From NCBI GenBank assembly GCA_032128395.1, contig JAQBGV010000184.1, positions 3,907 through 67,906 on the forward strand: a DNA stretch of 64,000 nt, in the 5' to 3' direction. The stretch is from Planctomycetota bacterium (lineage in GTDB: Bacteria; Planctomycetota; UBA8108; UBA1146). The position numbers and the translations under genes are program-made. The notes under the pieces are model-generated. The model saw nothing but the letters and a program-made list of their open reading frames with translations. It was not told the DNA's origin and made no database searches. Of the stretch, positions 1 to 9,790 are shown in pieces (position 1 is the first letter of the stretch; every line of letters begins with the position of its first letter).

Positions 1-92
1 GCTACTCACGCCGCGGGCGATCCGTCCCACCTCCGCCGAAGTCGCGAGAAACCCCCGGTCTCGAAGTGCCCGACTCCGGGTGATCGCCCGGC

Positions 93-106
93 GGGGGGGG
101 GGGGGG
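93..106 (+). repeat. Homopolymeric G14 tract a few bases upstream of the first dcw ORF start
   Basis: gcgggggggggggggggcgtcGTGacaccgATG. Confidence 0.6.
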
Positions 107-110
107 CGTC

Positions 111-569
111 GTGACACCGATGAGACTCGTGTTGATCGCGCTCGTCGTGGCGCTGCTCGCTCTCGACCTCGCACGCACGGGAAGTGATGAATTCTCATGT
201 CGGGCCGAAATCGCCCGCGCCGAGGAGGAGATCGGGATCTTGCGACGTCACTGCGACGACCTTCGGGTCGGAACTCAGGTTCGACTGTTCGCCCGAGTGC
301 GCGATACGGAAATCGATCCCGGGGCCGAACTGTCGCCCTTGGAATTGACGCGACGTCCCACCCCTTGGGAGCGTGCAGTGCAGGGCGAGGAGACGGGAAA
401 TCGTGCGTATGCGATTGAGAAGTTGGCACCGCCGCGAGGGTGGCGCCTCGGCGACTGGCTGCGCGCGCGCGAGGGAGGAATCGACGTGCTGTCGAGTACC
501 TATGCGGCGCGGTCCGGGGAACGAGTGGACGTGGCGACCGAGGTCGAGATTCGGAGGAATCGCAGATGA
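111..569 (+). CDS. Small bitopic membrane protein with N-terminal TM helix, immediately upstream of and overlapping ftsI by ATGA; FtsL-like septum protein. Start could be GTG 111 or ATG 120.
   Basis: N-terminal hydrophobic helix MRLVLIALVVALLALDL; position directly 5' of PBP3 gene as in dcw clusters; 4-bp overlap with next gene. Confidence 0.45.
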   Translation: MTPMRLVLIALVVALLALDLARTGSDEFSCRAEIARAEEEIGILRRHCDDLRVGTQVRLFARVRDTEIDPGAELSPLELTRRPTPWERAVQGEETGNRAYAIEKLAPPRGWRLGDWLRAREGGIDVLSSTYAARSGERVDVATEVEIRRNRR

Positions 570-2572
570 GGATCAGTGGACGGCAATTCACTCGGGATCG
601 CTTCTCACTCCGGGTCGGACTCCTCTTCGGCAGCTTTCTCCTGCTCTTCTCGGGAGTTTTCGCGCGCTGCGCCTGGTTGACGATCGCCGAGGCAGATGAG
701 GGTGTCGCACTGCAGGACCGATACGCCCTCTCCCCGGGGTGGGTGCCAGCACGACGTGGGGAGATCACGGACGCGCGGGGGATCACCCTCGCCCGCGACC
801 GTTCCCGCTGGATCGTCGCGATCGACCCCTGGGCAGCCTCCGGTCGGCTCGCCGGGGCGCGAATCCTCGGGGAGACCGCGGCGGCTTTCGAGCGGAATTG
901 TCCGGAACGACTCCGCACGGCGCTCGAGGAGCTGCTTCGGCTCGAGGGATTTCAACCGCTCGCGGATCCGGACGAGATACTCACGCAGCTGATCGAGGAC
1001 CAGAAATTGGCGAGCAAACGTCAGTTTCGGGTGATCGGGCGAATCGACTCGGTCGAATCGTACGAGCGGTTCCTCGAACACCGGCAGCGGGTTCATCGAG
1101 AACGCTGGATCACCTTCCCGATGCCCCGAGAGGAGACGGTACGAGAGTACCCGCTCTGCGGCGTCGCGATGCAGGTCGTCGGGGACACGTCGTCGAAAGG
1201 AACGCCCTACTTCGGAATCGAGGAGCGATTCGACCCCGTACTCTCCGGAATGCGAGGGATCGAGGTTGCGCAGGTCGATGGCATTGGTCGCAACCGATAC
1301 GCGGTCCCCGATGACGCGAACGGAGTCACCGCTCATCCCGGCGCCGCCATCGAGCTGACCATCGAGGTCCCCGCCCAGATCGCCCTCGAGATCATCCTCA
1401 GGGAGACCCTGGAGAAGACCGGAGCAACGATGGTCTCCGGTCTCGTGATGGATCCCCGCACCGGAGCGATCATCGCCGCGGCGAGCGTCCCGACCTGCGG
1501 ACGGGGGACGTACGGAGGGTACTTCCGCCAAGTCATCGCCTCACACTCTGAAGACACTCCGGGCGACGCGGCCGCGCAGATGACCTCGTTCGTGGATCCG
1601 GAGGCGTTCGGTGTCCAGTTGATGGCGAGCCTCTTTCCGATGTCCCCCGGTTCGATCATGAAGCCTCTCGTGCTCGGCCGGGCGCTCGACCTCGGAATGG
1701 TTCGTCTCACCGATCCGGTGCATGTGGACGGGACGCACAATTCGCAGCGGTACGGTCGCGCGGTGCGGCACTACACGGACTCCCATCCGCTACACGACCG
1801 CACCGTGCGTGGGTCCGTGGTCGAGTCGAGCAACGCGGGGATGGGAGAGGTCGGCGCAAAGCTCGGGACCGAACCGCTCCAGGAACTCCTTGCCGACCTC
1901 GAGTTCGGAGCGGGGACCGGGTTCGACCTCAGCGAGGCTTCGGGGCGTTTGCCTGGACAGCGGGGCGCGCTCCCCTGGAACGATCACACCACGCTGTCGA
2001 TCCCGATCGGCTACGAACTCCTCGTCACCCAGGTGCAGATCGCGCGCGGATACGCCGCGATCGCGAATGGGGGTTGGCTCATCACCCCGCACGTCGTACG
2101 TAGGATCGACGGCGTCGCAACACCCAATGCGGCCTCGCGACGGGTCTACTCAGCGGAGACTTCGGAGGCGCTACGGAAGGTGCTCCGCGAAGTGGTGACC
2201 CGAGGAACCGGTCACGAACTCGACGGCGATGCGATTCGACTCGCCGGGAAGACCGGAACGGCCGCGCACTACGACAAGCACGGGAAGATCGAGGGGTGGT
2301 ACACCAGCTCCTTCGCGGGATTCGCGCCGGCGGAGGCGCCGCGGTACGTGGCGGTGGTCACCGTGGAGAGGCCGAGCGGAGAGACCTACTACGCCAGCAA
2401 GACCGCTGCTCCGGCAGTCTTGGAGATCTTGAAGGCACTCCTCGGGGACCCGGGCGGGAACCGGTTCCGCGCCCTCCTCGCCGATGCACTTGCGGGGTCC
2501 GGAGAGGCACCTATCATCGCTCCGGGACTGCATGGGGAGGATGGGAGATGGGGAACTCCCGCAGGGGACTGA
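566..2572 (+). CDS. ftsI: Penicillin-binding protein 3 / FtsI-type class B transpeptidase
   Basis: N-terminal TM helix, then SxxK (SIMKPL), SxN (SSN) and KTG(T) (KTGTA) transpeptidase motifs in order; dcw context. Confidence 0.85.
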   Translation: MRISGRQFTRDRFSLRVGLLFGSFLLLFSGVFARCAWLTIAEADEGVALQDRYALSPGWVPARRGEITDARGITLARDRSRWIVAIDPWAASGRLAGARILGETAAAFERNCPERLRTALEELLRLEGFQPLADPDEILTQLIEDQKLASKRQFRVIGRIDSVESYERFLEHRQRVHRERWITFPMPREETVREYPLCGVAMQVVGDTSSKGTPYFGIEERFDPVLSGMRGIEVAQVDGIGRNRYAVPDDANGVTAHPGAAIELTIEVPAQIALEIILRETLEKTGATMVSGLVMDPRTGAIIAAASVPTCGRGTYGGYFRQVIASHSEDTPGDAAAQMTSFVDPEAFGVQLMASLFPMSPGSIMKPLVLGRALDLGMVRLTDPVHVDGTHNSQRYGRAVRHYTDSHPLHDRTVRGSVVESSNAGMGEVGAKLGTEPLQELLADLEFGAGTGFDLSEASGRLPGQRGALPWNDHTTLSIPIGYELLVTQVQIARGYAAIANGGWLITPHVVRRIDGVATPNAASRRVYSAETSEALRKVLREVVTRGTGHELDGDAIRLAGKTGTAAHYDKHGKIEGWYTSSFAGFAPAEAPRYVAVVTVERPSGETYYASKTAAPAVLEILKALLGDPGGNRFRALLADALAGSGEAPIIAPGLHGEDGRWGTPAGD

Positions 2573-4104
2573 GAATTTCCGCCGAAGTGTACGACGAGCG
2601 GTCGGGACGCCCCGAGGCTCTCCCGAGACCACTCGACGGAGTGGAGATCGTCGCTCGCACCGGTGCGCGACAGCACGGTCCGTCACCGGTTGCAGCGTTC
2701 CGTACCCTCCGAACCGACGACCGCGCGAACCGAGGCGATCTCTTCGTCGCGATTCGCGGCGTTCACTACGACTCGCACCGCTCGATTTCCGAGCTACCAC
2801 GGTCCGGCGTCCTCGGGGTGGTGGCGGAGTCCGCTCCCCCCGCCGGCTATCCCCTCCCGTGGTTCGAGGTCGACGACACTCGCCGAGCCCTCGGGCGGCT
2901 CGAGCACGCGCGTTGGGGAGACCCTGCGCAACGACTGCGAGTCTTCGGAATCACCGGCACCAACGGGAAGTCCTCGACCGTCCGGATCCTCGCATCGATT
3001 TTCGAGGCGGCCGAAAGTTCCTGCGGATTCATGACCACGGTCTCCCGCTCGCTCGCCGGAACGGAGGAGCCGAGCGCGATGACGACCCCGGGGGCGAGCG
3101 ATCTCGCCGAGATGCTCGCGCGCTGCGTTGCCTACGGCAGCCGATCCGTGGTGCTGGAAGTCTCTTCCCACGCACTCGATCAGCACCGCGTCGAGGGGAT
3201 CCCCTTCGCCGGGGCCGCCATTACCCAACTCTCCCGAGACCATCTCGACTATCACGGGGACCTCCGTGCTTATCGAGATGCGAAGCTGCGCATCACGGAG
3301 CATCTGGCCGATGGAGCACCGATCGTTCTCCCGACCGATGAGACATTCCGCTCGGATCTCCCCGATCTTCCGGGGGTGCTCCTCAGGCACTCCATGAATG
3401 CGGAGCTTCTCGCCGGGGAGCGTGGGGGGACGGTGCGCGGAAGCGAGCTCGATGGTGAGGGAATCTCAGCGGAGCTGGAACTCCTCGGTGAGCGGCTCCT
3501 GATTCGAAGCACTCTGCGTGGCCGACACAACCTCGAGAACATCCTGACCGCCTCGACGCTCGCCCGCGCGGTGGGGATTTCGATGGAAGTGATCGCGAGC
3601 GGGATCGAACGGACCCCAGCGGTCCCAGGGCGACTCGAGGAAGTGAAGGGGAAGGTCGGACGGGGGAGGGTGTTCATCGACTACGCGCACACCCCGGACG
3701 CGCTCTCTGCGGTTCTCGAATCGCTGCGCGCGTGGCGTCCTCGACGACTCCTCGTGGTCTTCGGTTGCGGCGGGGATCGCGACCGTGGGAAGCGGCCAGA
3801 GATGGGAGCGGCAGCGGAGCGACTTGCCGACCGGGTCTTCGTGACCTCGGACAATCCTCGCGGGGAGGACCCCGGGGCGATCATCGACGACGTTCTCAGG
3901 GGGATCGAGGACCGCGGTCGTGTCGTCGTCGAGCCCGATCGCCGATCTGCGATCGCCGCGGCGGTGGCGGACCTGGGCGGGGAGGACCTTCTCGTCGTCG
4001 CAGGGAAGGGACACGAGAGGGAACAATGGATCGGCGGGACGAACATTCCCTTCGATGACCGACAGGTGGTCGCCGAACTCCTCGCCGCGGAGCCTCGGTC
4101 TTGA
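2548..4104 (+). CDS. murE: UDP-N-acetylmuramoyl-L-alanyl-D-glutamate--2,6-diaminopimelate ligase (start uncertain; the annotated ORF extends upstream into ftsI)
   Basis: Mur ligase P-loop GITGTNGKSST, C-terminal DNPR motif, position after ftsI. Confidence 0.8.
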   Translation: MGNSRRGLRISAEVYDERSGRPEALPRPLDGVEIVARTGARQHGPSPVAAFRTLRTDDRANRGDLFVAIRGVHYDSHRSISELPRSGVLGVVAESAPPAGYPLPWFEVDDTRRALGRLEHARWGDPAQRLRVFGITGTNGKSSTVRILASIFEAAESSCGFMTTVSRSLAGTEEPSAMTTPGASDLAEMLARCVAYGSRSVVLEVSSHALDQHRVEGIPFAGAAITQLSRDHLDYHGDLRAYRDAKLRITEHLADGAPIVLPTDETFRSDLPDLPGVLLRHSMNAELLAGERGGTVRGSELDGEGISAELELLGERLLIRSTLRGRHNLENILTASTLARAVGISMEVIASGIERTPAVPGRLEEVKGKVGRGRVFIDYAHTPDALSAVLESLRAWRPRRLLVVFGCGGDRDRGKRPEMGAAAERLADRVFVTSDNPRGEDPGAIIDDVLRGIEDRGRVVVEPDRRSAIAAAVADLGGEDLLVVAGKGHEREQWIGGTNIPFDDRQVVAELLAAEPRS

Positions 4105-5477
4105 GGGCGCGCCCGCTCTCCGAGGTGGCCCGCCTCCTCGGCGGCCGCATTCTGGGAAGCCAAGCGGAGCAGTGTCGAGACGTCCTCGCGACGGGCGCGG
4201 CGATCGATTCTCGAATGGTTCACCGCGGGGACATTTTCTTCGCGATCCGCGGTGTGCGGGATGGGACCGAGTTCGCTTCATCCGCAATCGAACTGGGAGC
4301 GATCGCGGCGGTGGTCGGACGCGGGTCCGCGGATCGGGTTGCCGGGCCGGCGATCGAAGTCGACAACCCTCGCGATGCCCTCGGACGCCTCGCCGCCGGG
4401 GTGCGCCGGGAGGAGCGAGACGCCCTCCCCGCGGTCGCGATCACCGGGAGCGTCGGCAAGACCACCGCCTGCGGGTACGTCGCGACCCTGCTCAGCACGA
4501 TCGGTCCGACCCATCGCCCCCCCGAGAGCTTCAACAACGACCTCGGGGTACCACTGACGATTCTCGGGGCTCCGGAGGAGACCCGCTCGCTCGTGATCGA
4601 AATCGGTACGAACGCTCAGGGGGAAGTCGCGGCGCTCGCGGCTTGGACCGAGGCCTGCGTCGGGGTCGTCACCTCGATCGCGCACGCTCACCTCGAGGGG
4701 CTCGGTTCTCTCGCCGGAATCGCGCGCGAGAAACTCTCGCTCTTCGATGCGCTCCCAGCGAGCGCGGTCGGCTGGGTCCCTGTCGCTCACGCAGCAGCTG
4801 CCGCGGCACGGGGACGCACGATCCACTCGTTCGGGCCAGGGGGGGAGAGCGAAGTGATCCCACTTCGCGACGATCCCACCCGGTCGATCTGGCGGCTCGG
4901 GGCAGTGGAGCGCGAGTTCTCGTGGCCCGGTGCCAGGCGTGATCAACGCGAACTGCTCGCAGCGGCGTTCGGGGTCGGATTCACGCTGGGAGCGAATCCC
5001 GAGTTGATGCTCGCCTGCGTCGGGGAGCTCCCGGTGCCGCCGCTTCGAGGCGAGATCCGTCGACACGGAGGGGTGGAGCTCCTCCTCGACTGCTACAACG
5101 CGAACCCTGCCTCGCTCGAAGCCGCGATCGAACGCCTCGAGGAGGAACCCGCCGAGGGCCGACGGCTCTGCGTCATCGGGACGATGGAAGAACTCGGTGC
5201 CGAGGAGGCGAATTGGCACCGAGCTCTGGGTCGCCGTGTCGGGAGCGGTGTCGTGGACGGGGTATTTCTGGTCGGTCGCGCAAGAGAGTGGTACCGCGAG
5301 GGACTTCGCGAGTCCGGACGCGACGGGGAGCTGGTCGAGGTCGACGATCGAGGTGCCCGCCACCTCGCCACAACTCTGCGCCCGGGCGACCGCGTGCTCT
5401 TCAAGGCGTCGCGGCTCGAGGCACTCGAGGTGTTCGCAGGCCGGGTCGCCGCACTCCTCGGCGCGGAGGAACGGTGA
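4101..5477 (+). CDS. murF: UDP-N-acetylmuramoyl-tripeptide--D-alanyl-D-alanine ligase; TTG start overlapping murE stop
   Basis: Mur ligase P-loop ITGSVGKTT, gene order murE-murF. Confidence 0.8.
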   Translation: MRARPLSEVARLLGGRILGSQAEQCRDVLATGAAIDSRMVHRGDIFFAIRGVRDGTEFASSAIELGAIAAVVGRGSADRVAGPAIEVDNPRDALGRLAAGVRREERDALPAVAITGSVGKTTACGYVATLLSTIGPTHRPPESFNNDLGVPLTILGAPEETRSLVIEIGTNAQGEVAALAAWTEACVGVVTSIAHAHLEGLGSLAGIAREKLSLFDALPASAVGWVPVAHAAAAAARGRTIHSFGPGGESEVIPLRDDPTRSIWRLGAVEREFSWPGARRDQRELLAAAFGVGFTLGANPELMLACVGELPVPPLRGEIRRHGGVELLLDCYNANPASLEAAIERLEEEPAEGRRLCVIGTMEELGAEEANWHRALGRRVGSGVVDGVFLVGRAREWYREGLRESGRDGELVEVDDRGARHLATTLRPGDRVLFKASRLEALEVFAGRVAALLGAEER

Positions 5478-6637
5478 AGATCAGCGGCGGCGCAGCGACG
5501 TGGCTTCTTCCCCGTTCTAGGCCGATCCCCGCCCCTGGGCTCGGTTGGCTCGGGGCCGCGCTCCTCCTCCTCGCGATCGGACTCGCGACCGTCTACTCGG
5601 CGAGCTTCTACCGAGCACTGATTCGAGAGGCGGGTGAATTCCACTTCCTGAGGCAACAGCTCCTCGGGGCGGGACTCGGCCTGATCGCGCTCGCCTGCGC
5701 GGCCCGCATCGACCCACGCCGCTGGATCGAACATGCGCCGACGCTCTACCTCGGGACCCTCGCGATGCTGATTCTCGTATGGTCGCCGCTCGGAATCGCT
5801 TCCGGTGGGTCGCATCGCTGGGTGAATCTCGGGGTGGTCGGGGTGCAGTCGTCGGAATTGGCGAAGATCGCGACCCCGCTCCTCCTCATCTGGTACTTCG
5901 GCCGATACGGCGACCTCTCAGGGAAACAGTCCGGGTGGAAGATCCACGTCAATCTGCTCCTCATCGGGACACTCTTCCTGGCCGTCGGTCTGGTCCTCCT
6001 GGAACCGGACCTCGGAACTGCTGCGTTCATCTTGACCGTCGGCCTGGTCGTGATCGTCTGCTCCGGCGCTCCGCTCCGGTACTGGATCGGGTTCGGTCTG
6101 CTCGTCTCGCCGCTCCTCGTGTGGCAGATGAACTCGCGATGGGACCTGATCCAGAACCGATTTCTCGCGGTCACCGCCCCAGAACAGGTCCCGCAGGTCC
6201 AACACGCGCTGACCGCGATCCGGGCGGGTGGAATCGATGGCGCAGGGATCGGGCTGGGGACGGAGAAGACCCTCTTCCTCTTCGCGGAATTCAGCGATTT
6301 CATCTTTGCGGTGTACGCCGAAGAAACCGGACTCCTCGGAATCTCGGTGCTGTTGATCCTCTTCGTCGCGCTCCTCGTATTCGGTTGGCGGATCGTCCAC
6401 CGTTGTCGAATTCCGCTCCTCCGACTCCTCGGCCTCGCCATCGTCTGCAACCTGGTCCTCCAGGCGCTCGTCAACCTCGCGGTGAATACCGCACTCGCAC
6501 CGACGAAAGGTATCGCGCTACCGTTCATCTCCCACGGCTCGACCGGCCTCACCCTCGCGCTCTTCCAAGTCGGAGTGCTGCTCGCGATCTCCCGCATCGG
6601 CACCGAAGAACGCGACTCCGAAGTGGCGCCCTCGTGA
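5474..6637 (+). CDS. ftsW: SEDS-family peptidoglycan glycosyltransferase FtsW; GTG start overlapping murF stop. The annotated ORF from 5213 is an upstream extension inside murF.
   Basis: Multi-TM protein with FtsW/RodA-like motifs (VYSASFY, SELAKI); position between murF and murG. Confidence 0.75.
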   Translation: MKISGGAATWLLPRSRPIPAPGLGWLGAALLLLAIGLATVYSASFYRALIREAGEFHFLRQQLLGAGLGLIALACAARIDPRRWIEHAPTLYLGTLAMLILVWSPLGIASGGSHRWVNLGVVGVQSSELAKIATPLLLIWYFGRYGDLSGKQSGWKIHVNLLLIGTLFLAVGLVLLEPDLGTAAFILTVGLVVIVCSGAPLRYWIGFGLLVSPLLVWQMNSRWDLIQNRFLAVTAPEQVPQVQHALTAIRAGGIDGAGIGLGTEKTLFLFAEFSDFIFAVYAEETGLLGISVLLILFVALLVFGWRIVHRCRIPLLRLLGLAIVCNLVLQALVNLAVNTALAPTKGIALPFISHGSTGLTLALFQVGVLLAISRIGTEERDSEVAPS

Positions 6638-7782
6638 TGCGCCGCATCCTCTTCGCTGGAGGAGCAACGGGGGGGCACCTCTACCCCGGTCTTGCTCTCG
6701 CCGAGGAGTTGCGCAGCCGCGGCGAGGTGGACCCGATCTTCCTGACCGAGGGCGATGAGATCGCTGAGCGCATCCTCGGCCCCCGGGGGATGCGGACCAT
6801 CTCCGCAAACGTGCTCTCGTCGCGACGGCCGTGGCGTTGGGGTATCCGGGGGCGGCAGCTCGCGCGGAGACTCGATCGGGAGCAGATCGATGCCGTCGTC
6901 GCCCTGGGGGCGCGACCTGGAATCGTTCCGGGAGCGTGGACCCGCTGGAATCGTCGGCCGCTCTTCCTCCTCGAACAGAATCGCGTTCTCGGCCGCGCGA
7001 ACCGAGTGTTGCTTCCCTTGGCGACCCGGATCTTTCTCAGCTTTGACGACACCCAACCCGAGGATCGCCTGCGCGATCGCGCCCTCCGACTCGGCTGCCC
7101 CGTGCGCTCCGAGTTCACCCGGGCTGAACTCCCCCCGGGACCACCGATGCTGCTGGTGCTCGGGGGCAGTCAGGGAGCCCGTGACATCAACGAGCTCGCC
7201 CCCGCGGCGCTCGAGTTGATGCCGGCGAAGTCTCGCTGGCGTGTGTTCCACATCTGCGGGTCGGGTAAGGAGAAAGGGATCGAGGAGCGGTATCGCGCGG
7301 CCGGGATCCTTGCCACCGTCCGGGCGTTCCTGCAAGATCCGGCCGACGCGCTCCGGGAGGCATCGTTGGTCCTGGCGCGCGCAGGGGGATCGACCATCGC
7401 CGAATTGACGGCCGTCGGGCGGGGAAGTCTGCTCATCCCGTATCCCCATCATCGCGATCTTCAGCAGTTCCGGAACGCCGAGGCGCTCACTCGGGTCGGG
7501 GCTGCGGAGGTCATCGGGTGCGATTCGATCGGCCTCGCCTCTCGACTGGTTGCGCTCTACGCCGACCTGGGCCGACGGGTCACGATGGCGCGAGCAGCGC
7601 GTGAGGCCGGGAGGCCAGATGCGGCCAAGAGAATTGCGGACGTGATCGCGACGCATCTCGACTGCGATCCCATCCGTCGGCGGGATGCTCGGGGATTGGA
7701 CTGCTCTCCGCACGCGGGGACGGCGGTTGCTCCGAGCGGGGGAGTGGGTCGGCGGGAGATCCGATCGGAGGGGGACCGATGA
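6637..7782 (+). CDS. murG: UDP-N-acetylglucosamine--N-acetylmuramyl-(pentapeptide) pyrophosphoryl-undecaprenol N-acetylglucosamine transferase
   Basis: N-terminal GGxGGH motif (MRRILFAGGATGGHLYPG), C-terminal glycosyltransferase-28 region; 1-bp overlap with ftsW stop; the long 5779 ORF is an artefactual 5' extension. Confidence 0.8.
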   Translation: MRRILFAGGATGGHLYPGLALAEELRSRGEVDPIFLTEGDEIAERILGPRGMRTISANVLSSRRPWRWGIRGRQLARRLDREQIDAVVALGARPGIVPGAWTRWNRRPLFLLEQNRVLGRANRVLLPLATRIFLSFDDTQPEDRLRDRALRLGCPVRSEFTRAELPPGPPMLLVLGGSQGARDINELAPAALELMPAKSRWRVFHICGSGKEKGIEERYRAAGILATVRAFLQDPADALREASLVLARAGGSTIAELTAVGRGSLLIPYPHHRDLQQFRNAEALTRVGAAEVIGCDSIGLASRLVALYADLGRRVTMARAAREAGRPDAAKRIADVIATHLDCDPIRRRDARGLDCSPHAGTAVAPSGGVGRREIRSEGDR

Positions 7783-8411
7783 GCCCGAGCTTCGGGCCCT
7801 GGCTGCGAATTCTCGGCTCGGGGGCGATCGCTACTCTCGGGATCGCAGTTCTCTGGTCCAGCTGGCCCGAGGGAAGTCGGACCGCCGCTGCCCCTCGATC
7901 AGGTCCTTGGACCGTGCCGGTCCAGGCTGGTTGGCTCCCCGATCCTCTCGTTCTAGACCCCTGGGCGGAGCCCCAGCCGGCTCTCATCGAAAATCACCCG
8001 GCTCCGCACGACCCCGCTCCCGTGCTTCCTCCCCCGTCGGACGTCACCTTCATCTATGTCGTGAAACAGAACGACTCCCTCTGGGGCATCTCGGCCCGAG
8101 TCCTCGGTGATCCACTCCGGGTGAGCGAGATCGAACGTTGGAATCCGGGCATCGGTGAGCGGATGCTGCAGCCGGGGATGGAAGTCGTGCTTCCCGGGGC
8201 AGGTTCTTCGAATACTCAGACGCAGGCGCGAACCACGCCTCAAGAGATCCGACACCACCTCGTGAGCAAGGGGGAGAATCTGACCCGCATCGCGAACCGG
8301 TACGGCGTCACCGCGGAGATGATCTTCGAGGGAAATCGTGACCGGCTCCCCTCGATCGATCGAGTCCGCGTGGGCCAACGCCTGCGCATCCCCGAAGGGG
8401 GGGGACGATGA
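7779..8411 (+). CDS. Membrane-anchored protein with two LysM peptidoglycan-binding domains and no evident catalytic domain
   Basis: N-terminal TM segment; two LysM-like blocks (YVVKQNDSLWGISARV..., HLVSKGENLTRIANRYGV...); inserted between murG and murC with 4-bp overlaps. Confidence 0.6.
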   Translation: MSPSFGPWLRILGSGAIATLGIAVLWSSWPEGSRTAAAPRSGPWTVPVQAGWLPDPLVLDPWAEPQPALIENHPAPHDPAPVLPPPSDVTFIYVVKQNDSLWGISARVLGDPLRVSEIERWNPGIGERMLQPGMEVVLPGAGSSNTQTQARTTPQEIRHHLVSKGENLTRIANRYGVTAEMIFEGNRDRLPSIDRVRVGQRLRIPEGGGR

Positions 8412-9790
8412 TCATCGGTCCCAGGCTCCCGGAGACGGTTCACATCGTCGGCGTCGGGGGCAGCGCGACGAGCGGTCTCGCTCGCATCCTTCAGTCGCGC
8501 GGGGTTCGGGTGAGCGGATCCGACCTGACGCGAGAGTCGGTCGGTGCGCTCCACGCTGCGGGGATCACGGTGGAGGTCGGACACCGCACCGAGAACGTTC
8601 GTGAGCGAGTGGAGATGGTCGTGCACTCCGCGGCGATCCCCGAGTCGAATCCGGAGTTGGTCGAGTCGCGCCGACGCGGGGTCGAAGTCCTGAAATACGC
8701 CCAATTCCTCGGGCGACTGGTCGATCAGAGTTTCGGCATTGCGGTCGCCGGCACCCATGGCAAGACTTCGACCGCGGCGATGCTCGCGAGCGTCTGGATC
8801 TCCGCGGGACGGGAACCGTCCGTTCTGCTGGGCGGCCGCCACCCGGACCTGGGAGGGAACTGGCGCGCTGGCCGGGGCCCGGACTTCCTGGTCGAAGCGT
8901 GCGAGTTCGATCGCAGCTTCCACTCCCTCCATCCCCAGGCGGGGATCATCACGAACCTCGAGCTCGACCATCCCGACATCTACGCCGATCTCGGTGCGGT
9001 CCAGGAATCCTTCGGTGCGTTCATCGCCGGGTTCCGACCCCCGGGAATCATCGCTCTCGGGATCGACAGCGAGGGGGCCCGAACGCTCTCACGTCCTCCG
9101 GAGGTGCGGATCGAGACCTTTGGGTTCCGCCCCGACGCGCAGTGGCGCGCCACAATGCGTGAGGGGGGCAGCGCTCCGGTCTTCGAGGTGTACCGCAGAG
9201 GGCGCTCGTGGGGTAGGTTCCGCTTGCGGGTCGCCGGGCGGCACAACGTTCTCAATGCGCTCGGAGTGATCGCGTTGGCGGATGCTCTCGGCGTCGAGCG
9301 CGAGGCGATCGCCTCGGGGCTGGAGCGTTTCCCCGGAGTCGAGCGTCGTTTCGAGCACCGCGGCCGAGCCGGCGGCATCGACTGGGTCGATGACTTCGCG
9401 CACCATCCCACGGAACTTCGAACGGCGATCGCGACCGCCCGGGAGGTCTTCGGAGGGCGACGCCTCTGGGTCTTGTTCCAGCCACACCAGCACACACGCA
9501 TGCGGAGCTTCGGCGCCCAGTTCGCGGAGGAGCTCGCACGCGCGGACGCGATCGGCCTTCTTCCGGTCTACTCGGTCCGGGAGCCGGAGGGACGGGGATC
9601 CCCCGACCTTCTCGAGTCACTGGTCCGGGAGGTCCGTCGGCGCGGGGCACCGGTCGAGAGGTTCTCTTCCTTCGACGATGCCGCGCGCGGTCTTCCCGAT
9701 GTGCTTCTCCCTGACGATGTCTGTCTCGCCTGCGGCGCCGGAGACCTTTTCCTCCTCACTCGGAGACTCATCGAGGATCTGCGCAGATGA
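8408..9790 (+). CDS. murC: UDP-N-acetylmuramate--L-alanine ligase
   Basis: VHIVGVGGSATSGLA N-terminal Rossmann motif, Mur ligase P-loop AGTHGKTSTAAM. Confidence 0.85.
   Translation: MIIGPRLPETVHIVGVGGSATSGLARILQSRGVRVSGSDLTRESVGALHAAGITVEVGHRTENVRERVEMVVHSAAIPESNPELVESRRRGVEVLKYAQFLGRLVDQSFGIAVAGTHGKTSTAAMLASVWISAGREPSVLLGGRHPDLGGNWRAGRGPDFLVEACEFDRSFHSLHPQAGIITNLELDHPDIYADLGAVQESFGAFIAGFRPPGIIALGIDSEGARTLSRPPEVRIETFGFRPDAQWRATMREGGSAPVFEVYRRGRSWGRFRLRVAGRHNVLNALGVIALADALGVEREAIASGLERFPGVERRFEHRGRAGGIDWVDDFAHHPTELRTAIATAREVFGGRRLWVLFQPHQHTRMRSFGAQFAEELARADAIGLLPVYSVREPEGRGSPDLLESLVREVRRRGAPVERFSSFDDAARGLPDVLLPDDVCLACGAGDLFLLTRRLIEDLRR

Noticed and set aside
1-110. Partial ORF at the 5' edge (possible 3' end of an upstream gene such as rsmH/mraW)
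   Set aside because: Only about 27 codons before a TGA at 81-83. There is no diagnostic motif, so it cannot be assigned.
5213-5473. Long N-terminal extension of the ftsW ORF
   Set aside because: It is inside murF and extremely Arg-rich. The GTG at 5474 overlapping the murF stop gives a normal FtsW N-terminus.
5746-7713. 655-aa minus-strand ORF antisense to ftsW/murG
   Set aside because: It overlaps two well-supported + strand genes with clear family motifs. Arg/Pro/Gly-rich antisense ORFs like this are expected in about 70 percent GC DNA. Similar antisense ORFs were rejected on the same grounds: 605..1531, 12232..13758, 13957..14964, 16746..17732, 44660..45904, 47162..48868, 49860..51893, 55403..56539, 56995..59235 and 60759..62534.
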